A stretch of DNA of 64,000 nucleotides, taken from IMG/VR virus record IMGVR_UViG_3300032220_001634. One strand, 5' to 3'. The notes under the pieces are model-generated. The model did not search any database and was not told the DNA's origin. It saw only the letters and a list, made by a program, of their open reading frames with translations. The translations under genes were made by a program, and so were the position numbers. The stretch is from an uncultured virus (IMG/VR IMGVR_UViG_3300032220_001634). Lineage: Duplodnaviria; Heunggongvirae; Uroviricota; Caudoviricetes. Shown here in pieces: positions 20,415 through 30,834 of this stretch. The stretch's first letter is position 1, and each line of letters opens with the position of its first letter.

Positions 20415-20969
20415 TTATTTTTGGTGTATCCAACAGTTTTCAGAGGTTGAAAATACAGAACCTCTTATTTGAAAAAACTCGTCTACTGCCTTTACAACTT
20501 GTGTCCATGTTGGGTAATCGTGACCTGAAAAAATTCCACCAGGTTTTACCTTAGGATACCAAGCTTCCATATCTGCTTTAACGTCTTCATATTTATGTGA
20601 AGCGTCCAGGAAAATAAAATCTATGCTCTCATCCTCGTATAATTTAGAAGCTTCTAGAGAAGTAGTTCTTATTGGGTTTATTATGTTTTTTAACGGATCT
20701 ATATTTTTTATGAATTCATTGTAAAGACCATCTTCTTCTAATATACCGTAACCAATATGTTCCTCGGATCCCAGCCAGGTATCTACGCAATCTAAGGATA
20801 TTTTTTTACCTGAGTTAAGAATTTCAACGCCAAGAAAACATGCGCTTCTTCCCCTCCAGCTACCTATTTCTATAAATTTAGAATTTTCACCAAACCTATT
20901 AACAACTGAAGAGTATAGATTTGGATAGGTAAACCAGTCTTCACCTATGTTCATGTAATAATGTTCCAT
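20415..20969 (-). CDS. Class I SAM methyltransferase (Methyltransf_24-like)
   Basis: EIGSWRGRS, FLDASHKY, VKPGGIFSGHDY. Confidence 0.88.
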   Translation of the reverse strand: MEHYYMNIGEDWFTYPNLYSSVVNRFGENSKFIEIGSWRGRSACFLGVEILNSGKKISLDCVDTWLGSEEHIGYGILEEDGLYNEFIKNIDPLKNIINPIRTTSLEASKLYEDESIDFIFLDASHKYEDVKADMEAWYPKVKPGGIFSGHDYPTWTQVVKAVDEFFQIRGSVFSTSENCWIHQK

Positions 20970-21563
20970 TTATAAATTTTTATTTATTTTTTCTATTATA
21001 TCTTCCCAGTATTCTCCATCAGAAGAGAGAGAAGTAAATTTTTCCATATCAAAAAAATTAGGATTTATCCACCAATCCTCATATGGTGTTCCTTCCTTGT
21101 TTTTAACATTTCCAAAAATTAAAAAATATCCTTTTTCCTTTAAAAAATCTCTTTGAGGTTTTCTTTCGGACTCTTCATAACCTAGATGAGAATCATGTTC
21201 TATCGTAATTATTTTATATTCTCTATCTGATTTCCAGCAATTAACTAGAGAAAGATATCTTTCCCCTTCTAATTCTACGTCAACCGATAAATAATCTATA
21301 ATTTTAGGAACTGAGTTTTCTTCAAAAAAAGAGAGAAAATCAAAAGAAGTAGCATCTGCAACAACCAGATTTGTTTTTCTGCATTCCCATGCCTTTCTAT
21401 AGTCTACAATATCGAAAGAAATACCATTCCATCCTATACTTTCTAATAGGAACGTATTATTTATTTCTATCGGTAAATGCCCTCCTAGCTCGATGAAATA
21501 CCCATTATTTCCGATTAATTTTTGAACGAATAGATCTTGTCCTATTTGGGCGTAGCTTTTCAT
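20970..21563 (-). CDS. FkbM-like methyltransferase
   Basis: SYAQIGQD, NNTFLLE..GWNG, IDYLSVD, EDWW. Confidence 0.75.
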   Translation of the reverse strand: MKSYAQIGQDLFVQKLIGNNGYFIELGGHLPIEINNTFLLESIGWNGISFDIVDYRKAWECRKTNLVVADATSFDFLSFFEENSVPKIIDYLSVDVELEGERYLSLVNCWKSDREYKIITIEHDSHLGYEESERKPQRDFLKEKGYFLIFGNVKNKEGTPYEDWWINPNFFDMEKFTSLSSDGEYWEDIIEKINKNL

Positions 21564-21565
21564 AT

Positions 21566-22417
21566 TTATAAAATTTTAGATTTATTTTTTGGGTAATAGG
21601 GATATAAAGGATATGATGTGTTATTGTTTATATATCGGGTAAAAAAACATTCAGGTTGATAAACTAAATTTTTTCTATACCATCCCGCGGTGTAACAAAA
21701 ACTAGAATTCGAACATATTAAATTTTTAGAAAAAAGAAGTATAAGCCAATCCAATTTATAATCGTTTTTTTCTATTATTATGTTATTGCAGTATTTTTTA
21801 AAAATCTGAATTAAAGATTCAGGGTGCTCATCTCCGACAAAAACAATGTTAGAAATTTTATAACTGCTGGAAAAATCTAATATGCACTTTTCATAATACT
21901 CCTCTTTTAATCTAAGATCTCCCCAACCAATGCTATGATCGGAAAAGTCTGTACCTCTATAATGGATAGTTAAGGATTCGGTATCGAGAATGTATTTTTT
22001 TTCAAGAACCTCTTTCTTTAAATCATCTATTATTCTAAATTCTTCAAAAATTGAATCGTCAGGTATAAAGATAGAATTCCAAAACCAGCCTTCCATTTTA
22101 AAATCATTCGGCAGATGTATTTCTTTATTTAATAGTTTTTTGAAAAATTCACAATTCTCAGATTCTTTTTTTATGTGATCTTCTAAAGTTCCCCCGTATT
22201 TTTCGGTATACAGAAGATCCGGATCATTTTTAGATAAACCCTTATATCTAGATAGATCAAAAACATCATCCAAGTTACTATCAGTATCTATTGAAATCTC
22301 TATGTTTAAAGTTTTAGATATCTTCCAGATTGCAAATAGATGGAGCAAATGATTACCAAAAGATTGATTAGGTCCTTTAGTTTTTAGCATTTTGCTATCC
22401 GCGTGTATTATCTTCAT
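21566..22417 (-). CDS. GT11-like alpha-1,2-fucosyltransferase (divergent)
   Basis: FGNHL, IHYRGTDF, ICSNSSF. Confidence 0.65.
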   Translation of the reverse strand: MKIIHADSKMLKTKGPNQSFGNHLLHLFAIWKISKTLNIEISIDTDSNLDDVFDLSRYKGLSKNDPDLLYTEKYGGTLEDHIKKESENCEFFKKLLNKEIHLPNDFKMEGWFWNSIFIPDDSIFEEFRIIDDLKKEVLEKKYILDTESLTIHYRGTDFSDHSIGWGDLRLKEEYYEKCILDFSSSYKISNIVFVGDEHPESLIQIFKKYCNNIIIEKNDYKLDWLILLFSKNLICSNSSFCYTAGWYRKNLVYQPECFFTRYINNNTSYPLYPYYPKNKSKIL

Positions 22418-23724
22418 TTTATATTAAACCCTATTTTTTCCTCTATGAAGGGGTAAGAATTTTTTGACATATACTCATTTAAAGGGGATTTGTAAGATTT
22501 GTTTTTTAAATCAGGAGAGAGATGTAGATACTCCTGTACCAAATTCCTATCTAAAAATGGATATCGAGTCTCAATACCAAGTGATCCTGCGATACATTCC
22601 TCTTTCATTAGATAAGACCATTGAGATCCGTAGAAAAAATTACCCCATGGAAAAATTTCTTTAAGCGAATCTGTAAATCTTTCTGGATTTTTTGTCTTAA
22701 AGCCATAAGTTTGGATATTGTTCATTATTTCATCAGAGCCCTGACCAGATAAAACTATTTTCGTATTGTATTTATTTTTAGCTGAATCTAGAATATGATA
22801 AAGACCTATTGCTCCTGGATCCTCGAATCCAAAATGTGTTATCTCATCAGGATTTGGTCCGTAATAGAAAGGCTGAACATCTTTTTCAAATTTTAATTTT
22901 ATCTCGTTTATTTTTGAATCATCTAAGCATTCTATTATTTCTTTATCTGAGTTTTTGTTTATGCTTATTCTAGAGTTCAATATCGATCTATTTTCTTTAC
23001 CCACTATACTATACGAAACGTAGTCAACATCTAGAATATTCAGACAACAAGATATAGCTCCACTATCATATCCACTACTAAGTGGCAATAATATTCTATG
23101 CTTATCTGAAAAAGCCCTTTTTTTAATGCTTTCCTCAAAGGCTAAGATCCAATCAGAATATTGGTTTTTAAATTGATCCAATTTAAAATCATAAAGCGTA
23201 AACGTGTTTTCTATTGAAAGGTCAGGATATTTTATTACTAAAATTGAGTTCGGTTGACATCTTTTCGAAGATGAAAATCCTAATTTTAAAAGAGCTTCAG
23301 GGTAAGACGAAACCCCTATCTCGTTGTCCTCTATTGAATAATAGAGAGGCTTAGTACCAAAGGTATCTGTGCATAGATATAATCTACTATTTTTTTTATC
23401 GTTTATAAAAATGGAGAACTCGCCATCAAGTTTTTCAAATGCTTTAACTCCAAAATTTGTAAAAAGATCTAAAATACACTCACCATCTGAAGAATAGCTA
23501 CCAAAATCTAAATAATTGTATATTTCCCCGTTATACAGAAGTACAAGATCGTCTTTAAAAATTGGCTGAGGGTTAAAACTTCCTGTTATCGACAATAGAT
23601 TATGAACGTATGTCTTGTCACAGTCTCTCAATATATTGGTTAAATCTGGACCTCTTTTTTTTATTAGATAATTAGCATCCTCTAGATTTATTTTTTCCTT
23701 GTTAGTAAATAAAAAGCTACACAT
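22414..23724 (-). CDS. asnB: Asparagine synthetase-like glutamine amidotransferase
   Basis: N-terminal Cys, RGPD, NGEIYN, LSSGYDS, SGQGSDE, RYPFLD. Confidence 0.88.
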   Translation of the reverse strand: MCSFLFTNKEKINLEDANYLIKKRGPDLTNILRDCDKTYVHNLLSITGSFNPQPIFKDDLVLLYNGEIYNYLDFGSYSSDGECILDLFTNFGVKAFEKLDGEFSIFINDKKNSRLYLCTDTFGTKPLYYSIEDNEIGVSSYPEALLKLGFSSSKRCQPNSILVIKYPDLSIENTFTLYDFKLDQFKNQYSDWILAFEESIKKRAFSDKHRILLPLSSGYDSGAISCCLNILDVDYVSYSIVGKENRSILNSRISINKNSDKEIIECLDDSKINEIKLKFEKDVQPFYYGPNPDEITHFGFEDPGAIGLYHILDSAKNKYNTKIVLSGQGSDEIMNNIQTYGFKTKNPERFTDSLKEIFPWGNFFYGSQWSYLMKEECIAGSLGIETRYPFLDRNLVQEYLHLSPDLKNKSYKSPLNEYMSKNSYPFIEEKIGFNIK

Positions 23725-23728
23725 TTTT

Positions 23729-24325
23729 TTATGTTTTTATTAGGGTAAATTCTCTTTCTAATTTTTCAGATATAATTCTATATCCAGAGGAAGTAAAATA
23801 ATCCAGACATCTCAATGTATCCTCTTTGCTTTTAGATGGTATACAATGGTGATGAAATTCTACACAAATTTGATTAACTCCGTGGCATTCTTTTAAAACA
23901 TCATACTCTGCTCCCTCTATGTCCATTTTTATTAATGCTGGATTATATTTTTCAATCAATGTTTTAAAGGATATACATTCTGCAACATATCTTTCAGTAT
24001 TCTCTGTTGAAGAATGGTCTGAAAAATAGCTTTCGCTTACGTGTTCCGGATTTTTGTTTTTATAAATTTCTATATTCTCAATCCCGTGTTTTGCTATACA
24101 TTTCTTAATAAGTTTAAAATTTTTTAGATCTTTTTTTTCTAAAAATTTATGAGACTTTTCAGTTGGATCTATACCGATTATGTTTATTTTTTTTACTTTT
24201 AGCAATTCATCTAAAAAAGAAACATCTTCTCCTAGACCTGCATCTATTATAAAATCACCGTCTTTTATTGAATCCAGATCTACTGCCCATCCACCATACT
24301 CCGTACCTAAATATTTAATATTCAT
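23729..24325 (-). CDS. FkbM-like methyltransferase
   Basis: GTEYGGW, DAGLGEDVSF, KMDIEGAEY, VEFHH. Confidence 0.85.
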   Translation of the reverse strand: MNIKYLGTEYGGWAVDLDSIKDGDFIIDAGLGEDVSFLDELLKVKKINIIGIDPTEKSHKFLEKKDLKNFKLIKKCIAKHGIENIEIYKNKNPEHVSESYFSDHSSTENTERYVAECISFKTLIEKYNPALIKMDIEGAEYDVLKECHGVNQICVEFHHHCIPSKSKEDTLRCLDYFTSSGYRIISEKLEREFTLIKT

Positions 24326-25139
24326 CGTTTATTATTTTTAAAATTTGATTTGATAGATTTTGGTTTGAAAATCCACTCCAATACGCATCATATATACCCT
24401 CTGAATAATCTTTGAGATTTTTAGAAAGTATTCCTTCAGTGATCTTCCCTTCAATAAACTCTTGAAGATCAGCTTTTATAACAAAATTTTCTAGAACCTC
24501 CGGTAGATCTAAGTTATTAAAAATTAAAGGGATAGATCCTACTGACATAGATTCGAAAAGTCTTAATGTAGATGGACCGGTTCCCCTAGGACATATTGAA
24601 ATTTTAGTATCCTCTAAAATTTTTTTATATGTAATTAAAAGATCTCTTTGGGCTCCTTCGTCGTGGGAAAAAAACCATTTACCTGTTGGTTTTACTAAAC
24701 ACTTAGAGTGATTAAAAAATGATAGTCTTTCCCTATCGGGACTAGTGTTAAAATCTCCCATAAAAGAAAAATCTATCGATCTCTCGTTAATTTTTATTAT
24801 TTCAGGCTTGTGACCGTAAATTGGATTATAATGGGGTATAAAGAAATAAGGATCACCTTTTTCTGTGTGTGGGGTGAAAACTAAATTCCCTCCAAAATCT
24901 ATTCTATTGACAAAAATGTGTTGACAAACAAAAAATTTTTTAAAGGGATGTTTTTTATTTATTTCATTTACTACCTCCTGGGTCTTTTCTAGACCTAGTG
25001 TATTTATAGAATAAGCTAGAGGAAAAGCAACGTAGGGTATTTTAAGATTTTTCTTTACAAGCTGACCGTATATGGTTTCTTCCGTTTTTATTGGATCTGA
25101 AACGTTTTGAAATTTTAATATCTCCGATTCTATTATCAT
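24315..25139 (-). CDS. Exostosin-like (GT47) glycosyltransferase
   Basis: ICPRGTGPSTLRLFESMSVGSIP. Confidence 0.8.
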   Translation of the reverse strand: MIIESEILKFQNVSDPIKTEETIYGQLVKKNLKIPYVAFPLAYSINTLGLEKTQEVVNEINKKHPFKKFFVCQHIFVNRIDFGGNLVFTPHTEKGDPYFFIPHYNPIYGHKPEIIKINERSIDFSFMGDFNTSPDRERLSFFNHSKCLVKPTGKWFFSHDEGAQRDLLITYKKILEDTKISICPRGTGPSTLRLFESMSVGSIPLIFNNLDLPEVLENFVIKADLQEFIEGKITEGILSKNLKDYSEGIYDAYWSGFSNQNLSNQILKIINDEY

Positions 25140-25141
25140 AA

Positions 25142-25765
25142 TTAAAAAATGTTGGATGAAACATACTTTATAATATCTATCTTTTTATCTATTCCTATGA
25201 CCCAGTTAGCGTGTAAAACCATAATTTTAGGATCTACATTGAATTCTTCTCCGTGCCAAACCCCTCTCCTCAATTGTCCGTAGCTAAAAAAAGAAGAAGA
25301 AAGTTTTTTATATCTTATTGGGTGACTGTTTATTAGATGGTTCAATGCATTTTGGTCATGTCCATTAAAAGCTGAAATAGATGATCTTACATCTTCGAAA
25401 AGTTTAGTAATCCTGGGACTTGACTTGCAAATAAAAAAGCCCATGCAAAGACCAGCATCTCCGTCGTCTTGGAAAGCTAAGTCATAATCTCCAAGTTCTT
25501 CCAGTATTTCAGACTCTATATCTTGGAAAAAGATAACATCCGAATCTGAATGTATAAAAATATCTTCAGATTTAGAAGCTTTTATTATTTGATCCATTTT
25601 TCTGGTCATGGTTCTTTCCCATCCTTCCTCCATAAAAATACCGCTTCCCTCCTGTGGTACATTATCAGTTTCTATTTCTAAACTGGGATTTGTTTTTGAA
25701 ACGCTTTCCATAAAAATCTTATATAGATCCTTATGAGATTCGCTGTAAAAAGTATAAATTTTCAT
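25142..25765 (-). CDS. Nucleotide-diphospho-sugar transferase (GT77-like)
   Basis: SDSDVIFF, CMGFF, DQNALN, HANWVIG..KK. Confidence 0.8.
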   Translation of the reverse strand: MKIYTFYSESHKDLYKIFMESVSKTNPSLEIETDNVPQEGSGIFMEEGWERTMTRKMDQIIKASKSEDIFIHSDSDVIFFQDIESEILEELGDYDLAFQDDGDAGLCMGFFICKSSPRITKLFEDVRSSISAFNGHDQNALNHLINSHPIRYKKLSSSFFSYGQLRRGVWHGEEFNVDPKIMVLHANWVIGIDKKIDIIKYVSSNIF

Positions 25766-26424
25766 AAAAATTCTATATTATCTGGTAAAATTTTGTTTTT
25801 GTATTTTTCTAAGCAGTTAAAATAATTTTCACTTTCAGATCTTTCATTTTCAACGAATGCTTTTTTCTCTCCGTGTGCTGTTAATGGTGTGCATTTAATA
25901 TTAAACAGTTTCTTGTGTTTATAATCAAAGCATTTTGCTCTATAGCTCATATCTCCGTCACAGTAGTAGTATTTGTATGAATTATTATACATACCGATCT
26001 CGCGAAATATTTTTTTATTATAAATACCGTAATTTAAAACTAGTTGATTGTCGTATTCATATATGACGTATCTAGAGTTGTTTTCGAACCAAGAAAATAT
26101 ATAAAAATCAAAATCTGGATTTAATTCATTTATTACTTCTTCCCAGGAATTTTCCAGTATAATATCGTCGTTCCACTGGCAGACATAATCGAATTTTGAA
26201 TTCTTTATCCCTATATTCATAAAATCCCAGTAATAGCTTCTACCACCAAGTTCTATGAGATTTATTTTATCGTTGTTTAATCCCTTAACATATTCGATAG
26301 TTCCATCAGTTGATCCTCCATCAACCAGAACTAATTCCACCTTATCGCTAGAGCCTACTGTATTTTCGATCACTTTTTTTAAGAGATCCAATCGGTTAAG
26401 GGTTCCTGTAACTACACTGATCAT
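25762..26424 (-). CDS. GT2 glycosyltransferase
   Basis: MISVV start at 26424, VDGGSTDGT, NDD. Confidence 0.85.
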   Translation of the reverse strand: MISVVTGTLNRLDLLKKVIENTVGSSDKVELVLVDGGSTDGTIEYVKGLNNDKINLIELGGRSYYWDFMNIGIKNSKFDYVCQWNDDIILENSWEEVINELNPDFDFYIFSWFENNSRYVIYEYDNQLVLNYGIYNKKIFREIGMYNNSYKYYYCDGDMSYRAKCFDYKHKKLFNIKCTPLTAHGEKKAFVENERSESENYFNCLEKYKNKILPDNIEFL

Positions 26425-26434
26425 AATATAATAA

Positions 26435-27058
26435 TTAGCTTTTAATGTAAAGCGAGTCTCCCCATTCAAATTCTGTCATCTTTGTTTCCTTCCTCTCAAA
26501 TCCAAAATCTTTTAAATAAGAGTCTATTTCTTCTATTAAAGCACAATTTTTATAAACCGAACTCGTGTTTACCTCAGTGTATATGTATTTTATATCTTCT
26601 AAGAGTTTACCAAATCCCTTTAATGCCAAAAGCTCAGCACCCTGAATATCTAAATTTATGAAATCGTAATCGTTGATATTTATAGAATTTTCATTTATGA
26701 GCGTGTCCATTCTTTTAGACCTAACTTTTATAACCTCAGTAACGTATACATTAGGGTGGTATGTCTTATGTTTATCGAGCTCTAATATTGAAGAAGACTG
26801 CCCGTTGTTTGTGATGTTAAATTCATATTCAAAATCATCCACATCAGATATAGCAAAATTATGAATGGATTCTCCTTCATTCCTATCTATGGCGTTCTTA
26901 ATGTCGTCGAATATCCTAGGATTTGCTTCAGCCCAAATTGTATTTTTTAGTCCGTGCGAAATGTAATTAGGTCTTTCCTCCATTAGATGTGCACCAATAT
27001 GAATAACCCCCTTGGGTCTTCCGTGTCTCTGTATTATTCCGTTAAAATCAATTAGCAT
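26435..27058 (-). CDS. FkbM-like methyltransferase
   Basis: HIGAH, NNGQSSSIL, LDIQGAELLALKG, WGD. Confidence 0.88.
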   Translation of the reverse strand: MLIDFNGIIQRHGRPKGVIHIGAHLMEERPNYISHGLKNTIWAEANPRIFDDIKNAIDRNEGESIHNFAISDVDDFEYEFNITNNGQSSSILELDKHKTYHPNVYVTEVIKVRSKRMDTLINENSININDYDFINLDIQGAELLALKGFGKLLEDIKYIYTEVNTSSVYKNCALIEEIDSYLKDFGFERKETKMTEFEWGDSLYIKS

Positions 27059-27710
27059 CTTTTAGTATTTTATCTAAATTATATTTTTTGGTGTTAAAGT
27101 TACTGTTGCTGTGTAATCTATGTAGAACTAGAATCTCTGGTATATTTATGAATCTCTTATCTGATCTCATTAGTCTCAACCAGAAATCAAAATCCTCAAT
27201 TCCATCTAGATCATCTCTCCACCCCTCGATAGCTAGGGCTTCGCTTTTTCTAAAGATAGCACTAGTGTTTGCCACTTGATTTTGTCCATTGAAGGATTTT
27301 CTAACTATATCCTCATGTTTTAAAGATAGATCTGGTCCGCCCATATAATTACCAAATTCTCCTATGTACAAAATCATACCGCCTATAACATCATATTTAT
27401 CGACGAAATTTAGTTGGGACTCTAGCTTTTTTTCTGTCCAGACGTCATCGTCGTCTTGTATCCCAACCCAGTCGTATTTTGCTTCCTTTAGTAATTTATT
27501 TAATGTTTTAGATTTACCTTTGTCGTTGCCATAATCAAAAACTCTTATTCTGGGATCGGAGTAGTTTTTAACTATCTCTATACTCCCGTCAGTTGTTCCG
27601 TTAAATCCTATCAACAACTCCCATTCTTGAAATGTTTGATTTAAAATGGAATCGATTGACTCTTTTATAAATCTTTCTCCGTTATAAGTAGCTAATAGAA
27701 TTGATATCAC
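27048..27710 (-). CDS. GT2 glycosyltransferase
   Basis: ISILLATYNGE, DDDD, EDFDFWLR. Confidence 0.9.
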   Translation of the reverse strand: MISILLATYNGERFIKESIDSILNQTFQEWELLIGFNGTTDGSIEIVKNYSDPRIRVFDYGNDKGKSKTLNKLLKEAKYDWVGIQDDDDVWTEKKLESQLNFVDKYDVIGGMILYIGEFGNYMGGPDLSLKHEDIVRKSFNGQNQVANTSAIFRKSEALAIEGWRDDLDGIEDFDFWLRLMRSDKRFINIPEILVLHRLHSNSNFNTKKYNLDKILKDAN

Positions 27711-27725
27711 TTTCTTATGTTTTTA

Positions 27726-28532
27726 TTAAATTGAAATCCAATCATGACAGTAAACGTCAGAAGTTTTTTTAGGCAGCATTGGGCCAAACCACTTTAAAGG
27801 AGCTATTGTTTTTTGACTATCAGATAGCCATGAACCCCACCAGCTAAACGAGCTGTTGGCTATTATGTGATTCTTAAACATTGACATAAGGTAAAGATCT
27901 AAATATGGATTGGAAGTCTCCATAAACACAAATCTATCCCCTTTAAAATTTTCTTTACACCATTCTATATCGTCCGAAAATAAACAAAAAATAGAATCAG
28001 AATCGAAATTAGACATAGCCTTTTCATAATACTCCATTCCTTGAGATGGGTGGTGCTCAGGAAGAGCTAGGTAATCTCCTCTCCTAACATGTAACGAAAC
28101 GTAATTCTCCCTTATATCTTTAGCTAAAGATTCTGCTTTTTCTACTATTTCCTCTTTGAACTTAAATATTTTCAATATCTCATCCCTGGAGTCTCTGAAG
28201 TATTTTTCTGTTTGAAAATACCCGTATAAATCACATCCATCGGGTAAATTTTCAACCTGTGGGTTGTATCTAAAATCACCTTCACTATATCTGAATTTAA
28301 CCAGAGTCATAATATTCTCGGATGATTCCAGAAGATATTCTGGTATTTCGAAGCACTCATACAGTTTACATCCACTGTAAGAGTCAGGCGAATCCCCGCC
28401 TTTGTCCAAAATGTTCTCTCTTGGAAATTTAACTTCTTTACCTAGTCTCCTACCTATACCTACGGTAGAGGCCATTTGGAACATTTGATTTCCCAATCTA
28501 CCAAGTCTGCCTATGTTCGTGAAAGTTATCAT
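27726..28532 (-). CDS. GT11 alpha-1,2-fucosyltransferase
   Basis: GRLGNQMFQ, GYFQTEKYF, HVRRGDY, IANSSFSWWG. Confidence 0.93.
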   Translation of the reverse strand: MITFTNIGRLGRLGNQMFQMASTVGIGRRLGKEVKFPRENILDKGGDSPDSYSGCKLYECFEIPEYLLESSENIMTLVKFRYSEGDFRYNPQVENLPDGCDLYGYFQTEKYFRDSRDEILKIFKFKEEIVEKAESLAKDIRENYVSLHVRRGDYLALPEHHPSQGMEYYEKAMSNFDSDSIFCLFSDDIEWCKENFKGDRFVFMETSNPYLDLYLMSMFKNHIIANSSFSWWGSWLSDSQKTIAPLKWFGPMLPKKTSDVYCHDWISI

Positions 28533-28623
28533 TGACTTATATTATTATATAAGATTTCCTCCTTTTAGTTTCTATTTTGGAACCAAATAGATAAACGATA
28601 GTAAAATCAATAAACAAAATAGT

Positions 28624-29283
28624 ATGGAAAGGTTATCGGTTGTTGTCCCTTATAGAAACAGAGAGGAGCATTTAAAGGAGTTCATTCCTTATATGGAAAA
28701 ATACCTATCTGACGAGGAGATTGATTATCAAATACTTATAGTTGAACAGGACGAGAAAAAGCCCTTTAATAGAGCTAAGCTTCTGAATGTTGGATTCAAA
28801 GAATCAGAGGATTTTGATTACTTTGTGTTTCATGATGTCGATATGCTTCCAATGGATTCCGACTATGAGTACCCAGATGGACCAACACATCTAGCATCCA
28901 TGGCAGAACAGTTCGGGTTTAAACTTCCTTATGATGGATATTTCGGAGGAGTCACAATTTTTGATAAAGAGAGCTTTGTCAAGATCAATGGATACTCTAA
29001 CGAATATTGGGGATGGGGAGCAGAGGATGACGACGTTCTACATAGATGTGTTTTAAACGAAATTCCAACTTACAGGAAGGAGTGCAAATACAGATCTCTT
29101 AATCACGAGAGAAAGATAGAACCGGGATTATATGGAAATAATTTAACCAAACTTGGGCAATTTACAAATTCATCTGATGCTATAAAGATGGCTCAGAATG
29201 ACGGGCTTTCAAATCTTAAGTACGAAAAAACGGAGGAGAAAAAGCTCACAGATAAATCTAGACTTATTAAGGTTTCAATCTAA
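28624..29283 (+). CDS. GT7 beta-1,4-galactosyltransferase-like
   Basis: VPYRNREEHL, FNRAKLLNVG, FHDVD, YFGGV, WGWGAEDDD. Confidence 0.93.
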   Translation: MERLSVVVPYRNREEHLKEFIPYMEKYLSDEEIDYQILIVEQDEKKPFNRAKLLNVGFKESEDFDYFVFHDVDMLPMDSDYEYPDGPTHLASMAEQFGFKLPYDGYFGGVTIFDKESFVKINGYSNEYWGWGAEDDDVLHRCVLNEIPTYRKECKYRSLNHERKIEPGLYGNNLTKLGQFTNSSDAIKMAQNDGLSNLKYEKTEEKKLTDKSRLIKVSI

Positions 29284-29287
29284 TGCT

Positions 29288-29842
29288 ATGGAGTATAAAT
29301 TAAAGGACATAAAGAAAGATAGATTAGTAATCTTCGATCTAGATGACACCTTAGTGAAAACTGATGCAAAGGTTAAAATAGTTGGGTTCAAAAGCGGGAA
29401 GATTCTAAGGGAACTCACTCCTGAAGAATTTAACAATTTCGTTAAGACTGAAAAACACGTGCTTAATTTTGATGACTTTGAGGATCCCGAGATCTTAATG
29501 AAAGGTGAGATTATTCAGCACATTTTTTCCAAACTTAGATATTACTACAAAAAGGGGGTACCAGTCTGTATTTTAACTGCCAGGAGTTCTTCCGATCTTG
29601 TTAGAAGATTCTTTTTGGAAAACGGTGTTGATATTCACGAATCTTTAGTGATTGCAATTCACGATCCGATGTATAGTTTTAAGGGAGATAGCATAGCAGA
29701 AAGAAAGGCCGATGCTATAAAAGATCTTATTAACGGAGGATACACAGATCTTGTATTCTTTGATGATAACGATGACAATTTGAGCCTTGCTAAGAGCATG
29801 GAGGGATATAAAAACTGCAAGATAAAGATAGTAAAGGTTTAG
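29288..29842 (+). CDS. HAD-superfamily phosphatase
   Basis: FDLDDTL, ILTAR, FFDD; likely start at 29288. Confidence 0.8.
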   Translation: MEYKLKDIKKDRLVIFDLDDTLVKTDAKVKIVGFKSGKILRELTPEEFNNFVKTEKHVLNFDDFEDPEILMKGEIIQHIFSKLRYYYKKGVPVCILTARSSSDLVRRFFLENGVDIHESLVIAIHDPMYSFKGDSIAERKADAIKDLINGGYTDLVFFDDNDDNLSLAKSMEGYKNCKIKIVKV

Positions 29843-30064
29843 TTATAAACCCTCTTTAAGACCGCTTAAAACACGATTTACAGTGTTTCTCATATGCTCC
29901 AGGTTTCTCTGGAGAGTTTCAGGATCATCATTTTTTAATAAATAACTGAGGGTTTCAAGTGATCCCAAAGAGTATGCTATTTTGCTTTTAAGAAGAGCAT
30001 TCTCCTTTATCAGAATCTTTAGGCTATTGTTCTCAGCTTCTTTTTTGGTCTTTGTCTCCGGCAT
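29843..30064 (-). CDS. Hypothetical protein
   Basis: 73 aa ORF filling an intergenic gap. Confidence 0.45.
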   Translation of the reverse strand: MPETKTKKEAENNSLKILIKENALLKSKIAYSLGSLETLSYLLKNDDPETLQRNLEHMRNTVNRVLSGLKEGL

Positions 30065-30104
30065 TTGATGCTATTTTAAGATATATAACTAAAAAGAGAA
30101 AAAC

Positions 30105-30611
30105 GTGAAAAATTTAGTCCTATTCGAAGAATTTAAGATTCCTGAAATAGTTCATAAAATAGAATGGAAGGAAGCGGATAAAATAGTTCATCCATTTCTT
30201 CCATTTCATATCATTGATGCAGGAAGTGGAAAGTCTTGGATGATGATGAGAACTTCAGGTAAATATCACGCTGATGTGGAACCTATTACTAAGGTGGACA
30301 CTGAAAAAATGTTATCCTGCTTTCAAAAGAGTGATAGCTTCGAAAAATCAATTTATAGACCAGTGATAGTTGAAATCGGGTCAGAAAGATATGCAGCTGC
30401 TCTTATGGGATTCCCTCATGCAGGAAGCAACTCCACTCCGTTCAAGCAGAAGACGAAACATTTGAGCGGGGGATTTAAAAACATGCGTAACTGGGACTAT
30501 AATAGAGATAACGGGGTAGTCGGACATTTTTGCTTGCATTTTCTAGGGAGTATTCGTCACACCGACAAGAAGCCAGATCTAGACGCTCAGAAAGCTATTA
30601 TGAGCTTATAA
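30105..30611 (+). CDS. Hypothetical protein with GHFCLHF motif
   Basis: HADVEP and GHFCLHFLGS motifs; GATATATA upstream. Confidence 0.55.
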   Translation: MKNLVLFEEFKIPEIVHKIEWKEADKIVHPFLPFHIIDAGSGKSWMMMRTSGKYHADVEPITKVDTEKMLSCFQKSDSFEKSIYRPVIVEIGSERYAAALMGFPHAGSNSTPFKQKTKHLSGGFKNMRNWDYNRDNGVVGHFCLHFLGSIRHTDKKPDLDAQKAIMSL

Positions 30612-30632
30612 TTAAATCATTAAAAAAAGGAC

Positions 30633-30824
30633 TTATTCAAGTCCTTTTCTTTTAGATTCTATAAATTTAGCCTTCTTAACGACTGATCTCCTTTCCTCGC
30701 TTTTTTTCTTATATGTCTTGCGATCATTAAGCTCTTTAGCTATTTTACACTTAGAAAATTTTTTCTTAAGGGTTTTTAAAGCCGATTCAATACTGGTCTT
30801 TCCCTCTATGTTAATTATTATCAT
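30633..30824 (-). CDS. rpsU: Ribosomal protein bS21
   Basis: SIESALKTLKKK...I.KEL..RKTYKKKSEERR pattern, 63 aa, basic. Confidence 0.85.
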   Translation of the reverse strand: MIIINIEGKTSIESALKTLKKKFSKCKIAKELNDRKTYKKKSEERRSVVKKAKFIESKRKGLE

Positions 30825-30834
30825 ACTAAATTAA

